From assembly GCA_965217095.1 (NCBI GenBank), contig OZ244235.1, forward strand, positions 3,336,175-3,400,174: a stretch of 64,000 nucleotides of DNA, written 5' to 3'. Both the position numbers and the translations under genes were made by a program. The notes beneath the pieces were generated by a model. It saw only the letters and a program-made list of their open reading frames with translations. It was not told the origin of the DNA and did no database searches. The stretch is from Candidatus Latescibacterota bacterium. Lineage in GTDB: Bacteria > Latescibacterota > UBA2968 > UBA8231. Below are positions 18,438 through 28,165 of this stretch, in pieces (position 1 is the stretch's first letter; each line of letters begins with the position of its first letter).

Positions 18438-20981
18438 TTAGCCTTCGCCGAGCTCCACCACCAGAATCTCACCTTCGAAGCCGGCCGCATTGAGTTGCTC
18501 TACGAGCGCATCCGCGAGGCTGGTGCGCAGTAGGGGATTGGCGGCGATTCTAAGGTTGCCACCAACGCCCTGGAGGTTTGCCAACCCGGCAATCGAGGTG
18601 AGCACCTCATTGCCGATGATATCCAGGTGACCGCCGATCGTCCGCAACTCCTCCAGGCCCGTCAACGTGGTCAGATCCTTGTTGCCCCCTATCACCACAA
18701 CAGCTCCGGACGGAGCGAAAATGACGAGGTTCCCAACAATCAGGTCGCCGTCAATGCTGCGCAGGTTGCCCAGTCCGTCCAAGCTGGTCAGACGCTCGTT
18801 CTCATTTACGAACAGGCCGCCTTCTATTGCGGTCAAATTCTCAAACCCGTGGAGATCGACCAGGTCGTCGTTGCCTATGATGATAATGCCGTCGCCAGTA
18901 CGTTCGAGCCTTCCCAAAGGCCCGAGCGTTGTCAATAACACGTTCTCGCGAATCGCCAGGGTATCGCCGATCTCTGAAAGATTCTCCAGGCCGTCGAGAT
19001 CGCGCAGCTGTCGATTGGAGCTTATGTCGAGGGTTCCGCGTACCGAGTCCAGCGACGAGAGCCCGCGCAAACTTTGAAGAACTTTGTTTTGACGCAGGTA
19101 TATGTTGCCACCGACGTTTTCGAGGTTTTCGAGTCCCGCCAGATCCACCATGGTGCCGGTACCGCTGATATCCAGGTCGCCTCCGATCGATCGAAGGTTG
19201 CTGAACAGCTCCATATTGATTGGCGCGCCGGAACCGCTGATCTCCAGGTTTCCCTGAAGGGCGGTGCGTTGTCCCAGTGCTCCCAGGTCGGTAAGGGCCG
19301 GCGCAAATCGCAGCACGATGTCACCCATAAATGTCTCCAACAACCGGTCCGGTCCTCTCAAGCTTTGCAGCCGCTCGTTGGTGCTGATACTGAACTCACC
19401 TTCCACACTCCGCAGATTGCTCAAACCTTCGAGGTTCTTCAGCACCGGGTTGAAGGCGACGATGACGCTGCCGCCTACCTCCTCCAGACCATCCAGCCCG
19501 TCGAGATTTTCCAGCTTGTCGGCGCGCAGGATGACAATGCCGTCGCCGACCATGCGCAGATTTTCCAGGCCGGCAAGGGCGGTCAAGGCTCGATCTTCGT
19601 TGACGGTCAATCTGCCCCCCAGCACCTCGACGTTTTCGAGGCCTCTGAGATCGGTGAGGGCATTGTTCTTGGTAATGTTGAGGGTTCCACCGATGCGGCG
19701 CAGATGGCGCATCTCGCCCATACTGGTCAAGGCGAAATTATCGACTATAGCAAAGCTGCCCCCGATGGTGGCGACATGGTTCAGGAAACTCAGGTCCACT
19801 TCGCCGGAGGTGGGTCGAACCGAGATGCTGCCGGCGAAGTCAGCCGGTATGTTGCGCAGCAAGTCGGTATCCAGGCCCTCGAGGATTTCCACGAAGAGGT
19901 CCCCGGTCAGGGTTGTAAGGGCGGTATCCAAACCGCGTAAGGACTGCAGGGCCCGATTGGAGGAGATATTGATACCGCCGCCGACAAAACGCAGGCCTTG
20001 CATCGGGTCCACGGACGTGACCTTCGCATTGCCGATGATGCGCAGGCTGCCGCCCACCGTGGTCAGGTTGGAGATGCCTTCCAGGGATTGCAGCCGCTCG
20101 TTGAAAAAGAAATCCAGATTGCCGCCTACGCTGGTCAACCCGGTCAGCTGATGAAGATTGACCATCCTTGAACGAATGAATCTCAGATTGTCGGTAATTC
20201 CGAACCGCCGCCCGCCCGCCCTGGCCAACAGGTCATCCAGCTCGCTCCCGCCTTCTATGCGAAAATCGCCCTCGAACAATACCTCAGCTACAGGAGCAAT
20301 GGCGAACTCGAGATTCCCCCCGCGGTTCGCATCGACGCGAAGCTGCCGGAACACCAGCAGCTGATCGACGCGGATCTCAACGGTGTAGAGAGCATTCGGA
20401 TTCGGTGTGGTCTGCGTCGCCTTTGCGGCTACCGGGTGCTGTCCAAGCGCTCCGCGGGCACCATCCAGCAGGATCATCTTGCGCACCGAGGCGCCGTCTT
20501 CCGTCTGCATCCGCACCAGGTAGAGGCCGGCGCCGACGCCGGCACCTGCGTCGTTGGTGCCATCCCAGACAGCGGTGAAGCTGCCCGCGGGTTGGAGTCG
20601 ATCTACCAATCTGCGCACCGACTGCCCCAGGACGTTGTAGACCACCAGCCTGACTCGAGATCTGGCGCGCAGCTGGTACGGAATGATCGTCGACGGATTG
20701 AACGGGTTGGGATAGTTGGGCAGCAAAACAGAAGTTGACGGCAGAGCCGATGATTGGTCGACGACGTCTGTGGCAACACCGATGGCAATCTGAAACACCC
20801 CGCGGGCGTCGGTCACGGCGGAGTAGGAACGGGTGTCGTCGCTCGGGTCTTCAAAGGTGACCTGTGCGGCAGCTACCGGGGCACCTCTATCATCCAACAC
20901 GCGGCCGGTCACACCCGAGCTAATCGCCGGTACGGCGATGACGACGAGTGCGCACGCGAGTGCCAGGTTTCGCAGGTCCAT
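18438..20981 (-). CDS. Secreted 847-aa protein: signal peptide, CarbopepD-regulatory-like beta-sandwich, FlgD-Ig / T9SS C-terminal-sorting-like domain placed near the N-terminus, then about 20 receptor-L-domain-type leucine-rich repeats
   Basis: Signal peptide: MDLRNLALACALVVIAVPAISSG. The NYPNPFNPSTIIPYQL...VVYNVLGQSVRRLVD...WDGTNDAGAGVGAGLYLVRMQ...KMILLDG segment matches the Por-secretion sorting-domain consensus. The repeats fit L-x-N-L-x-x-I-G-G-x-L-x-I-x-x-N-x-x-L-x-S-L-x-G-L. Confidence 0.6.
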   Translation of the reverse strand: MDLRNLALACALVVIAVPAISSGVTGRVLDDRGAPVAAAQVTFEDPSDDTRSYSAVTDARGVFQIAIGVATDVVDQSSALPSTSVLLPNYPNPFNPSTIIPYQLRARSRVRLVVYNVLGQSVRRLVDRLQPAGSFTAVWDGTNDAGAGVGAGLYLVRMQTEDGASVRKMILLDGARGALGQHPVAAKATQTTPNPNALYTVEIRVDQLLVFRQLRVDANRGGNLEFAIAPVAEVLFEGDFRIEGGSELDDLLARAGGRRFGITDNLRFIRSRMVNLHQLTGLTSVGGNLDFFFNERLQSLEGISNLTTVGGSLRIIGNAKVTSVDPMQGLRFVGGGINISSNRALQSLRGLDTALTTLTGDLFVEILEGLDTDLLRNIPADFAGSISVRPTSGEVDLSFLNHVATIGGSFAIVDNFALTSMGEMRHLRRIGGTLNITKNNALTDLRGLENVEVLGGRLTVNEDRALTALAGLENLRMVGDGIVILRADKLENLDGLDGLEEVGGSVIVAFNPVLKNLEGLSNLRSVEGEFSISTNERLQSLRGPDRLLETFMGDIVLRFAPALTDLGALGQRTALQGNLEISGSGAPINMELFSNLRSIGGDLDISGTGTMVDLAGLENLENVGGNIYLRQNKVLQSLRGLSSLDSVRGTLDISSNRQLRDLDGLENLSEIGDTLAIRENVLLTTLGPLGRLERTGDGIIIIGNDDLVDLHGFENLTAIEGGLFVNENERLTSLDGLGNLRSIDGDLIVGNLVIFAPSGAVVVIGGNKDLTTLTGLEELRTIGGHLDIIGNEVLTSIAGLANLQGVGGNLRIAANPLLRTSLADALVEQLNAAGFEGEILVVELGEG

Positions 20982-21368
20982 AGTTTCGCCTTGGAAGAAG
21001 CGGAGCCGTATATACCGATATTAGAGTGCAATTACATAAAATTCGTTGCGGTGGGCAAAAAAACAACAATTGGCTACCAGTCTACCACAGAGCCGTCGTC
21101 GTTTGAATACGACTCTGAGTTCCGCCAATCGTGGTCGATTTTGTCTTCCATCGCGTCTTCATCGAGCTCGGGTCCCACGGCCTCCCGCAACGTCGCGAAA
21201 TGGCCGATCGCCCGGTCCACGAAGGATGATTTTCACGATTCTACCCGACGTTGGCCCATTTTTCGTAGATTCTCATCCGTCCCCGAGTATGACCTGCTGA
21301 AAACGGCAGCGCACGAGCGCGTGGAAATTAGACCACAAACCTCACCGGGGTAAAGCCAGGAGGAATGC

Positions 21369-24209
21369 ATGACCCGACTCAACAGATTTCAGATCGTTCT
21401 CGGTGCCCTCGTCGTCGTCGTGGTAGGTGGGGTAATCGCGAGCTTCTACACCGACTTTCTCTGGTTCGAGAGCCTGAAGCGACAGGGCGTCTTCTGGACC
21501 ATCGTCAAAGCGCGCTGGTCGGCCGCGTTTGTCTTCGGCATACCGGCAGCTCTGCTGGTCGGTCTGAACCTGTGGCTGGCGGAGCGTTTTACCCGCCAGG
21601 CGCTGCTGGCCGGCACCTTCTTCCGCGACGAAAACGCGGAGGGGGAAACGGTGCCTCCGTCTCGCATCGGGTATCTAGTGGTAGGAGCGGTCGTCGTCCT
21701 GTTGCTGGGGAACATCGGCGCTTCACAGTGGCCGTTGCTGCTGCGATATTTCAACGATCAACCGTTCAACCTGACGGATCCGATTTTCTCCCGGGACGTC
21801 GGGTTCTACGTCTTTGCGTTGCCGTTTTATCGATTCCTGGCCAACTACCTGCTCGGCAGTCTCATTCTCGCCGGCATCATCGTTGGGCTGATCTACCTGG
21901 CCGGCGGCTCCATTCGGGTGCAGGAACGCATACAGATGCTGCCCAAGGCCCTGGCCCATCTCTCGGTGCTGTTCGGCCTCTTTCTACTGGATGTCGCCTG
22001 GATATATCGACTGAAGATATACGGGCTGCTTTACTCGGAGGGCGACGTGGTATTCGGGGCCAGTTACGCCGACATCGTGGTCGAGATCTGGGTCTACTGG
22101 CTGCTGGTGCTCGTCTTCATCGCGGCGGCCGGGTTTCAGTTCGCCAACATTCGCGCCCTCGGCAAGCGCTTTCCCATGATCGGTCTTGCCGCGTTAGCGA
22201 TTGGAGTTGCCATCGTCAGCTGGCTGCCAGCGGCGGTGATTCAGAAGCTGGTCGTGCAACCCAGTGAGCTGGCCCGTGAAACCCCCTACCTGGAATACAA
22301 CATCGCCGCAACCCGCAATGCCTTCGGTTTGGATGACATCGAGGAAAAACCGTTCGAAGCCTCCGAGGATCTGAGCCGCGCCGACGTGGAGGCGAATCCG
22401 CTGACCATCCGCAACGTGCCGATCTGGGACGAGCGCCCGCTGGTGCAGACCTATCAACAAGTGCAGGAGATCAGACCGTATTACGTCTTTGCCGGCGTCG
22501 ACGTCGATCGCTACCGGATAGAGGGGGTCTACCGCCAGGTCATGCTGTCGGCGCGCGAGATGGACACCGAGCGGCTGCCGTCCCAGGCCCGCAACTGGGT
22601 GAATGAACGGCTCCAGTACACCCATGGGTACGGGGTCGCTTTGAGTCCGGTGGACCACGTTACGCCGGAGGGTTTGCCGGCACTGATGGTAAAGGACATC
22701 CCACCGGTGTTTCCGAAAGGTCTGGAGATCGAGCGTCCGGAGCTCTACTACGGGGAAGGGGAGATGGGGTACGTGGTGGTCAATACTTCCATGCAGGAAT
22801 TCGATTATCCGAAAGGAGATGAGAACAAGTTCTCCACCTACGAGGGTGCCGGGGGCGTGGAGATGGGTGGATTTTTCGGTCGCCTGACCTTCGCCATTCG
22901 CTTCCGGGATATCAACCTGCTGCTGAGCAACTACATCGAACCCCAAAGCCGGATCATCCTACGACGTCAGGTGCATGACCGCGCGGAGGCGATCGCACCG
23001 TACCTGCAGTACGATTCCGATCCGTACCTGGTCATCTCCGAGGGACGCCTCTTCTGGATTCTCGATGCCTACACGACTACCGACATGTATCCGTACGCCA
23101 CTCGTGGGGGACGGAACTACATCAACTATATCCGCAATTCGGTGAAGGTGGTGATGGATGCGTACGATGGCACCTTGACCTACTACCGGATGGATGTGGA
23201 CGACCCGATCATCGCCGCCTATGACGAGATGTTTCCGGGTCTGTTCGTGCCGGTGGCGACGATGCCTGCGGATCTGAAAGCGCATCTGCGCTACCCGAAG
23301 GATATGTTCAAACTGCAGGCGACTCTCTACCGCAGCTACCACATGCAGGACGTGCGTCTGTTCTACAACCAGGAGGATCTGTGGGAGATTCCGAACGAGA
23401 TCTACAGCGATCATGCGCAGATGATCCAGCCGTATTACATCATCGTAAAGCTGCCCGGTGAAGAGCGCGAAGAGTTCCTGCTGATGGCGCCGTTCACCCC
23501 GGCGAGAAAGGACAACATGATCGCCTGGATGGCAGCTCGGTGCGACGGCGACAGCTACGGGGATCTGCTGGTTTACCGCTTGCCCAAGGACCGCATGATC
23601 TTCGGCCCCATGCAGCTGGAGGCACGCATCGATCAGCAGCCGGAGATCTCGAGCCAGCTGACCCTGTGGGGGCAGAAGGGTTCGGAGGTGATCCGCGGAA
23701 ACCTGCTGGTGATCCCGATCGAGAGTTCATTCATGTACGTGGAGCCGATCTATCTGCAGGCGCGCCAGGAGATAGAAGCGCCGGCCTATCAGGGTGGAGG
23801 CGGTGCTCCCGATCCCACGGAGCAATGGCGGCAACCGCCGCGGCGTGAGATTCGCTCGGCGGCCATTCCAGAGCTGAAGCAGGTAATCGTCGCGTTCGGC
23901 GGTCGCGTCATTATGCGCGATACCTTCCGCCAGGCGCTGGCTGACCTGTTCGAAATGGACGAATCGAGCGTGGGCCGCACCGAGGAGATCTCAGGAGCTT
24001 TGTCCCGCGAAACACGGGGGACTGGAGCTCGCTCCGCCGCGGCGATGGCGACCGAGGCGGAAAACCAGTACCGCCGCGTACAGGCGGCGATGAAGGACTG
24101 GGACTGGGCTGAGGCGGGTGAGGGGATGCAGGCGCTGGAGGAAACACTTGCCGAATTGCGCTCGGAGTTGAACGACACCACCGATCAAACGAGAAACGAG
24201 GGAATGTAG
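21369..24209 (+). CDS. UPF0182 family large membrane protein (946 aa; N-terminal multi-TM region plus large soluble domain)
   Basis: About 7 predicted TM helices in the first 300 aa (VLGALVVVVVGGVIASFY..., GYLVVGAVVVLLLGNI..., LILAGIIVGLIYLAG...). The size and layout are typical of UPF0182 proteins. I assign the family from memory, not from a search. Confidence 0.45.
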   Translation: MTRLNRFQIVLGALVVVVVGGVIASFYTDFLWFESLKRQGVFWTIVKARWSAAFVFGIPAALLVGLNLWLAERFTRQALLAGTFFRDENAEGETVPPSRIGYLVVGAVVVLLLGNIGASQWPLLLRYFNDQPFNLTDPIFSRDVGFYVFALPFYRFLANYLLGSLILAGIIVGLIYLAGGSIRVQERIQMLPKALAHLSVLFGLFLLDVAWIYRLKIYGLLYSEGDVVFGASYADIVVEIWVYWLLVLVFIAAAGFQFANIRALGKRFPMIGLAALAIGVAIVSWLPAAVIQKLVVQPSELARETPYLEYNIAATRNAFGLDDIEEKPFEASEDLSRADVEANPLTIRNVPIWDERPLVQTYQQVQEIRPYYVFAGVDVDRYRIEGVYRQVMLSAREMDTERLPSQARNWVNERLQYTHGYGVALSPVDHVTPEGLPALMVKDIPPVFPKGLEIERPELYYGEGEMGYVVVNTSMQEFDYPKGDENKFSTYEGAGGVEMGGFFGRLTFAIRFRDINLLLSNYIEPQSRIILRRQVHDRAEAIAPYLQYDSDPYLVISEGRLFWILDAYTTTDMYPYATRGGRNYINYIRNSVKVVMDAYDGTLTYYRMDVDDPIIAAYDEMFPGLFVPVATMPADLKAHLRYPKDMFKLQATLYRSYHMQDVRLFYNQEDLWEIPNEIYSDHAQMIQPYYIIVKLPGEEREEFLLMAPFTPARKDNMIAWMAARCDGDSYGDLLVYRLPKDRMIFGPMQLEARIDQQPEISSQLTLWGQKGSEVIRGNLLVIPIESSFMYVEPIYLQARQEIEAPAYQGGGGAPDPTEQWRQPPRREIRSAAIPELKQVIVAFGGRVIMRDTFRQALADLFEMDESSVGRTEEISGALSRETRGTGARSAAAMATEAENQYRRVQAAMKDWDWAEAGEGMQALEETLAELRSELNDTTDQTRNEGM

Positions 24210-24359
24210 TTTAGGAGCGTATCCGAGTATCCCATTTGGGTTCGAGGGTGTCGTTGTCGCCGCTGTTTGCGTTGCGTTTTTCTCTCTGAATTCGCCGATT
24301 CAGTTCGCTCACGCGCCTTGGCAACAACAATGATGCACCCCAGCTTACCGAATACTCGG

Positions 24360-25355
24360 TTACGCTCCTCCGTCGTCCCGCAGAATCCGCAGCAGCGACT
24401 GCAGATACCCGACGCAGTAGGTAGAGCTGAGCAGTCCTTCCTCCTCGTTCAAGTCCCCTTCGACGCGGGCCGCATGGGAAGGCAGAACATAACCGTCGAA
24501 GTTCACCTCTCGCAGCAGGCGAAGGATGCTGAGGAAGTCCAGCTGGCCTTCCTCGAAGAAACACTCGTTGAACTTCTCACGCGTTCCCTGCACCGCCTGC
24601 AGGTGGACGTAACAGATCTTACCGCGCTCGCCGAAATACCTTATCCCTTTTTCCGCCACACCAGGTCCCATAAGGCCCCAGTTCCCCAGGCAAAACGTCA
24701 AACCGAAGTGGGGACTAGCGGCGATCTCCACCGCCCGCTGAAATCCTTCGAAGGTGCCGAACAGCCGCGGAATGCCGCCGAACTTCGGCACCGGTGGATC
24801 GTCCGGATGTAGTGACAAGGTGACCCCGGCTTCTTCCGCCACCGGGATGATCGCCTTGATGAAGTATTCGAAGTTCGCCCAGATCTCCTCTTCGGTGTAT
24901 TCCCGGTCGCGAAAGAGAATGTCTTTGTTCGCCTTTTCCAGATCGAAGGATCGAACGGTGGCCCCGCCGCGGATTCGCGTCGAGTGAGAGGTACCAAACA
25001 CAGGATTGGTGCCTACCGCATTCGGTGCCACCATCCAATGGAATCCGAAGTGGGGAACACCCGCCTGGCCCATGACCCTAAGGCAGCCGGCGATATGCTC
25101 GATCTTCTCGTCCCGTTCCGCTTTACCCAGGATGATCGGGTCGTAGTACTGCGCCTGGTTGCCCAGGTTTTCCAGCGTAAACAGCTCCAGACCGGCGTCG
25201 TTGTAGAGAGCCCGCAGATTGACCAGCTCCAGGTAATCGATGACATCCCGGCCGTCGGGAGGTCTGATGCCCCAGAACAACGCTCCGCTCACCCCGAGCT
25301 GTCGGATTAACCTCAGATACGTATTGTCCACTTTGCCCCAAAGACCGATCTGCAT
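24360..25355 (-). CDS. uxuA: Mannonate dehydratase
   Basis: Strong match to UxuA: ..[44 protein letters not shown]... (E. coli has [26 protein letters not shown]). I moved the start to the ATG at 25355-25353 (MQIGLWGK..., RBS aaggag 7 nt upstream); the track ORF extends spuriously to 25553. Confidence 0.8.
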   Translation of the reverse strand: [331 protein letters not shown]

Positions 25356-25390
25356 GGAACGCTCCTTGACTCCTAAATTCGAGAAATGGA

Positions 25391-25420
25391 AGGACGCGGA
25401 GAATGGACGAACGTCCGCGA
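25391..25420. promoter_or_regulatory. Nested palindrome CGCGGAgaatGGACGaaCGTCCgcg in the divergent uxuA / ADH intergenic region; candidate operator
   Basis: Perfect inverted repeat GGACG-aa-CGTCC (25405-25416) nested inside CGCGGA...TCCGCG. It lies about 40 nt upstream of the uxuA start in a 500-bp divergent promoter region. Confidence 0.2.
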
Positions 25421-25860
25421 AATTGCTTCGTCGACGCTGCAATATACACCGCCGGCTCATTCCTTGCCCCTGCCCTGCGCCGGGCGTATACTTGCGCCCG
25501 ATTCGGACGACCATTCGGAGCAGTGAGGGATCTTTGAGCGTTCCCGATCCCAACGGCTTCGACGGTCCCGTTTTCGTTCAGCGTCGGGGCGCTGAGGATT
25601 GGTCGGAAGTACCCCTTACCCACGACGGCGGTGTGGGGCGTGGCATCGGGGTTGCCGACCTGGCGCAGGGTCTGATTTCCGGAAGGCCGCATCGCGTCAG
25701 CGGCGCCCTTGCCTGTCACGTGCTGGATGTGATGCAGGCATTCGAAGAATCGTCTGACATGGGCAGCCATGTCGAGATCGCCACCACCTGCGAACGTCCC
25801 GAGGCTTTACCCATGGGGTTGCTCCCGGGCACCCTGGACGAATAATCCCTTCAGTCAGCC

Positions 25861-26886
25861 GTGCGTGCCTTACAGCTTGATAAACCCAAACATTTCCTAC
25901 GCGTCGAGATCGACGAGCCCGGATCGCCTGCTGCTGGCGAAGCGCTGGTGCGCTCCCATCGCATGGGTGTGTGCGGCACGGATGTGAGCAGTTATCTCGG
26001 CAAGTTTCCCTTCTTCGATTACCCCCGTATTCCCGGTCACGAGCTCGGTGTCGAGGTGCTGGAGATCGGTGCCGGCGTCGACCACATTCAGGTCGGGGAC
26101 CGCTGCAGTGTCGAACCGTACATGAACTGCGGGAGCTGCTACCCGTGCCGCAACGGCGCCACCAACTGTTGCACCACCCTCAGTGTAATCGGCGTCATGA
26201 GCGACGGCGGTTTGTGCGACCGCATTCGCATAAGGGCGGACAAACTGCACCCGGGGAATTCCCTGTCTTTTGAACAGCTGGCGTTGGTGGAGACCTTGGC
26301 CATTGGCTGTCACGCCAACGATCGTGGCGCTCCGACCGCTGGTGAACAGGTGCTTATCATTGGCGCCGGTCCCATCGGCATGGCGACCCTCGAGTTCGCC
26401 CGGATAAGGGGATCCGAACCGGCGCTCATGGACCGGGTCGAATCCCGACTGGACTTCTGCCGCGACACCTACGGCATCGAGAACACGATTCTCTTTACGG
26501 GAGATGGTAGCGAGCTGGAGCAGATGCGCGACCTCACCAGAGGCGACATGTTTCCCGTGGTGATGGACGCGACCGGGAACAAGGATTCCATGTCGGCCGC
26601 GCTGGAGTACGTGGCTCACACTGGGACCTTGGTTTTCGTCGGCCTCACCGCGGAGGAGATCAGCTTCAAACAGCCGGCCATGCACCGGGCGGAGCTAACC
26701 CTGAGGGCGACCCGCAACGCGGTTCCGGAGAACTTCACCCGCATCATCGGCCTCATCGAGGCCGGCGCGATTCAAACCGATCCGTGGATTACCCATCGCA
26801 CCGGCTTTGATCAGGTCGCGGCCGACTTCGAAACCTTTACGAAGCCGGAGAGCGGTGTGATCAAAGCGATCATCGAGGTGTCGTAA
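25861..26886 (+). CDS. Zinc-dependent medium-chain alcohol dehydrogenase family (sorbitol / L-threonine dehydrogenase-like); candidate fructuronate/sugar-acid reductase
   Basis: 341 aa with a GTG start. CGTDVSSYLGK...GHELGVEVLEIG is the Zn-binding GHE motif, C-x2-C-x2-C-x7-C is the structural zinc site, and GAGPIGMATLEFAR is the Rossmann motif. Confidence 0.7.
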   Translation: MRALQLDKPKHFLRVEIDEPGSPAAGEALVRSHRMGVCGTDVSSYLGKFPFFDYPRIPGHELGVEVLEIGAGVDHIQVGDRCSVEPYMNCGSCYPCRNGATNCCTTLSVIGVMSDGGLCDRIRIRADKLHPGNSLSFEQLALVETLAIGCHANDRGAPTAGEQVLIIGAGPIGMATLEFARIRGSEPALMDRVESRLDFCRDTYGIENTILFTGDGSELEQMRDLTRGDMFPVVMDATGNKDSMSAALEYVAHTGTLVFVGLTAEEISFKQPAMHRAELTLRATRNAVPENFTRIIGLIEAGAIQTDPWITHRTGFDQVAADFETFTKPESGVIKAIIEVS

Positions 26887-26888
26887 CT

Positions 26889-28151
26889 GTGTCGGGCAAG
26901 TTCGAAACGCTGGGGCTGAGCCCCAGCTTCGGATTCGGGGATCGACTGGGCAGCGCGACCTCCGGTCACGTGGTGGCGATGAACCGAGCGGGCTCGGGCA
27001 TCGCTCCGATCTTCGCGCAGCAATCGATACGCGAGATGCAGCGCACCGGTCGCTCGGCCCAGGATGTCATCGACGACGCGGTGCGGGGCGCCCAGGACTG
27101 GAGTGGTCCGATGGGGGCCGATGCAGACCACCTCAAAACCGCCGAAGACGTGGAGGTAACGACGGCGGCGGGGTACACCTTTTTCACCCTCGATCCGTCG
27201 GACAAGGTGGATCAGCAGACCGACCGATACGACGAACAGACCTTGCGAAGCAAGTTCGAGACATGCCGTGACCACGCGCCCTGGTACGACTCGTATGTGG
27301 GTCGGAAGATTCGTCTGCAGGACGATTCCAGCGTCGAGCTTAGCGAAGAGGCCTGCATGCGGGCAGCGGTAAAGTACGGCGAGGCGATCGAGCTGGCGCT
27401 GGAGCTAGGCAAGCAGGTTCGGAAGCTGCACGAAAGCTCCGGCGGCCCATTCGAGCTCGAGCTGTCGGTGGACGAGACGGATGAACCGACCACAGCCGCA
27501 GAACATTACATAATCGCCGACCGCTGTTTCTCTGAAGGCATGCCGTTGGTCAGCCTGGCGCCCCGATTCGTCGGGGACTTCGAAAAAGGAGTGGATTTCA
27601 AGGGGAACGTGGCGGAGTTGGAACGCTCGTTGCAACGACACGCCGCAGTTGCTCGCACGCTGGGTCCCTATAAATTGAGCCTGCATTCCGGATCGGATAA
27701 GCTCTCCGCCTACGGACCGTTGGCGCGGGCCACAGGCGGCTGCTTTCATATCAAGACCGCCGGCACCAGCTACATGGAAGCGTTGCGGGTGGCTGCGCAC
27801 TGTGAGCCCTCGTTATTCAGTCGTATCGTCGGTTTCTCGCGGGCGCGATTCGAGATCGACCGGGCGACCTATCATCTCTCGGCCCGACTTGAAGACGCGC
27901 CGGCACCAGGTGACGCCACGGACGCCGAACTGCAGCGTGAATATCTGGAGTATTGGAACGAGGTGCCCGAGGGTGAAGGTTTTACCAAGCCCGGGCGCCA
28001 GATACTACATTGCACATTTGGCTCGGTGCTCACCGACGACGAGCTCGGACCTCTCGTCCGCGGTTGTCTGCATGAGCATCCCGAGATCTACCGCGAATTC
28101 CTGGACGATCACTTTGGTCGCCACCTGGAAGCGTTCCGAGTCGCACTCTGA
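26889..28151 (+). CDS. Tagaturonate/fructuronate epimerase UxaE-like protein
   Basis: 420 aa with a GTG start immediately after the ADH stop. N-terminal SFGFGDRLG and HIKTAGTSYMEALR motifs resemble the UxaE family as I recall it. Its position next to uxuA supports the call. The family assignment is from memory only. Confidence 0.45.
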   Translation: MSGKFETLGLSPSFGFGDRLGSATSGHVVAMNRAGSGIAPIFAQQSIREMQRTGRSAQDVIDDAVRGAQDWSGPMGADADHLKTAEDVEVTTAAGYTFFTLDPSDKVDQQTDRYDEQTLRSKFETCRDHAPWYDSYVGRKIRLQDDSSVELSEEACMRAAVKYGEAIELALELGKQVRKLHESSGGPFELELSVDETDEPTTAAEHYIIADRCFSEGMPLVSLAPRFVGDFEKGVDFKGNVAELERSLQRHAAVARTLGPYKLSLHSGSDKLSAYGPLARATGGCFHIKTAGTSYMEALRVAAHCEPSLFSRIVGFSRARFEIDRATYHLSARLEDAPAPGDATDAELQREYLEYWNEVPEGEGFTKPGRQILHCTFGSVLTDDELGPLVRGCLHEHPEIYREFLDDHFGRHLEAFRVAL

Positions 28152-28165
28152 AAGGTGAACATACC

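Noticed and set aside
18627-20151. Several long plus-strand ORFs (103-295 aa) overlapping the LRR gene, with proline/serine/arginine-rich low-complexity translations
   Set aside because: They are antisense to a strongly supported 847-aa gene. Their composition is typical of frame artefacts in GC-rich repeats.
25356-25553. 66-codon N-terminal extension of the uxuA ORF in the track
   Set aside because: Homology to UxuA begins at MQIGLWGK, and a good RBS (aaggag) precedes that ATG. The extension has no counterpart in UxuA proteins.
25240-25845. 201-aa plus-strand ORF filling the divergent uxuA/ADH intergenic region
   Set aside because: No recognisable domain. It overlaps the uxuA 5' end and promoter. 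I treat the region as regulatory, although a small genuine gene cannot be fully excluded.
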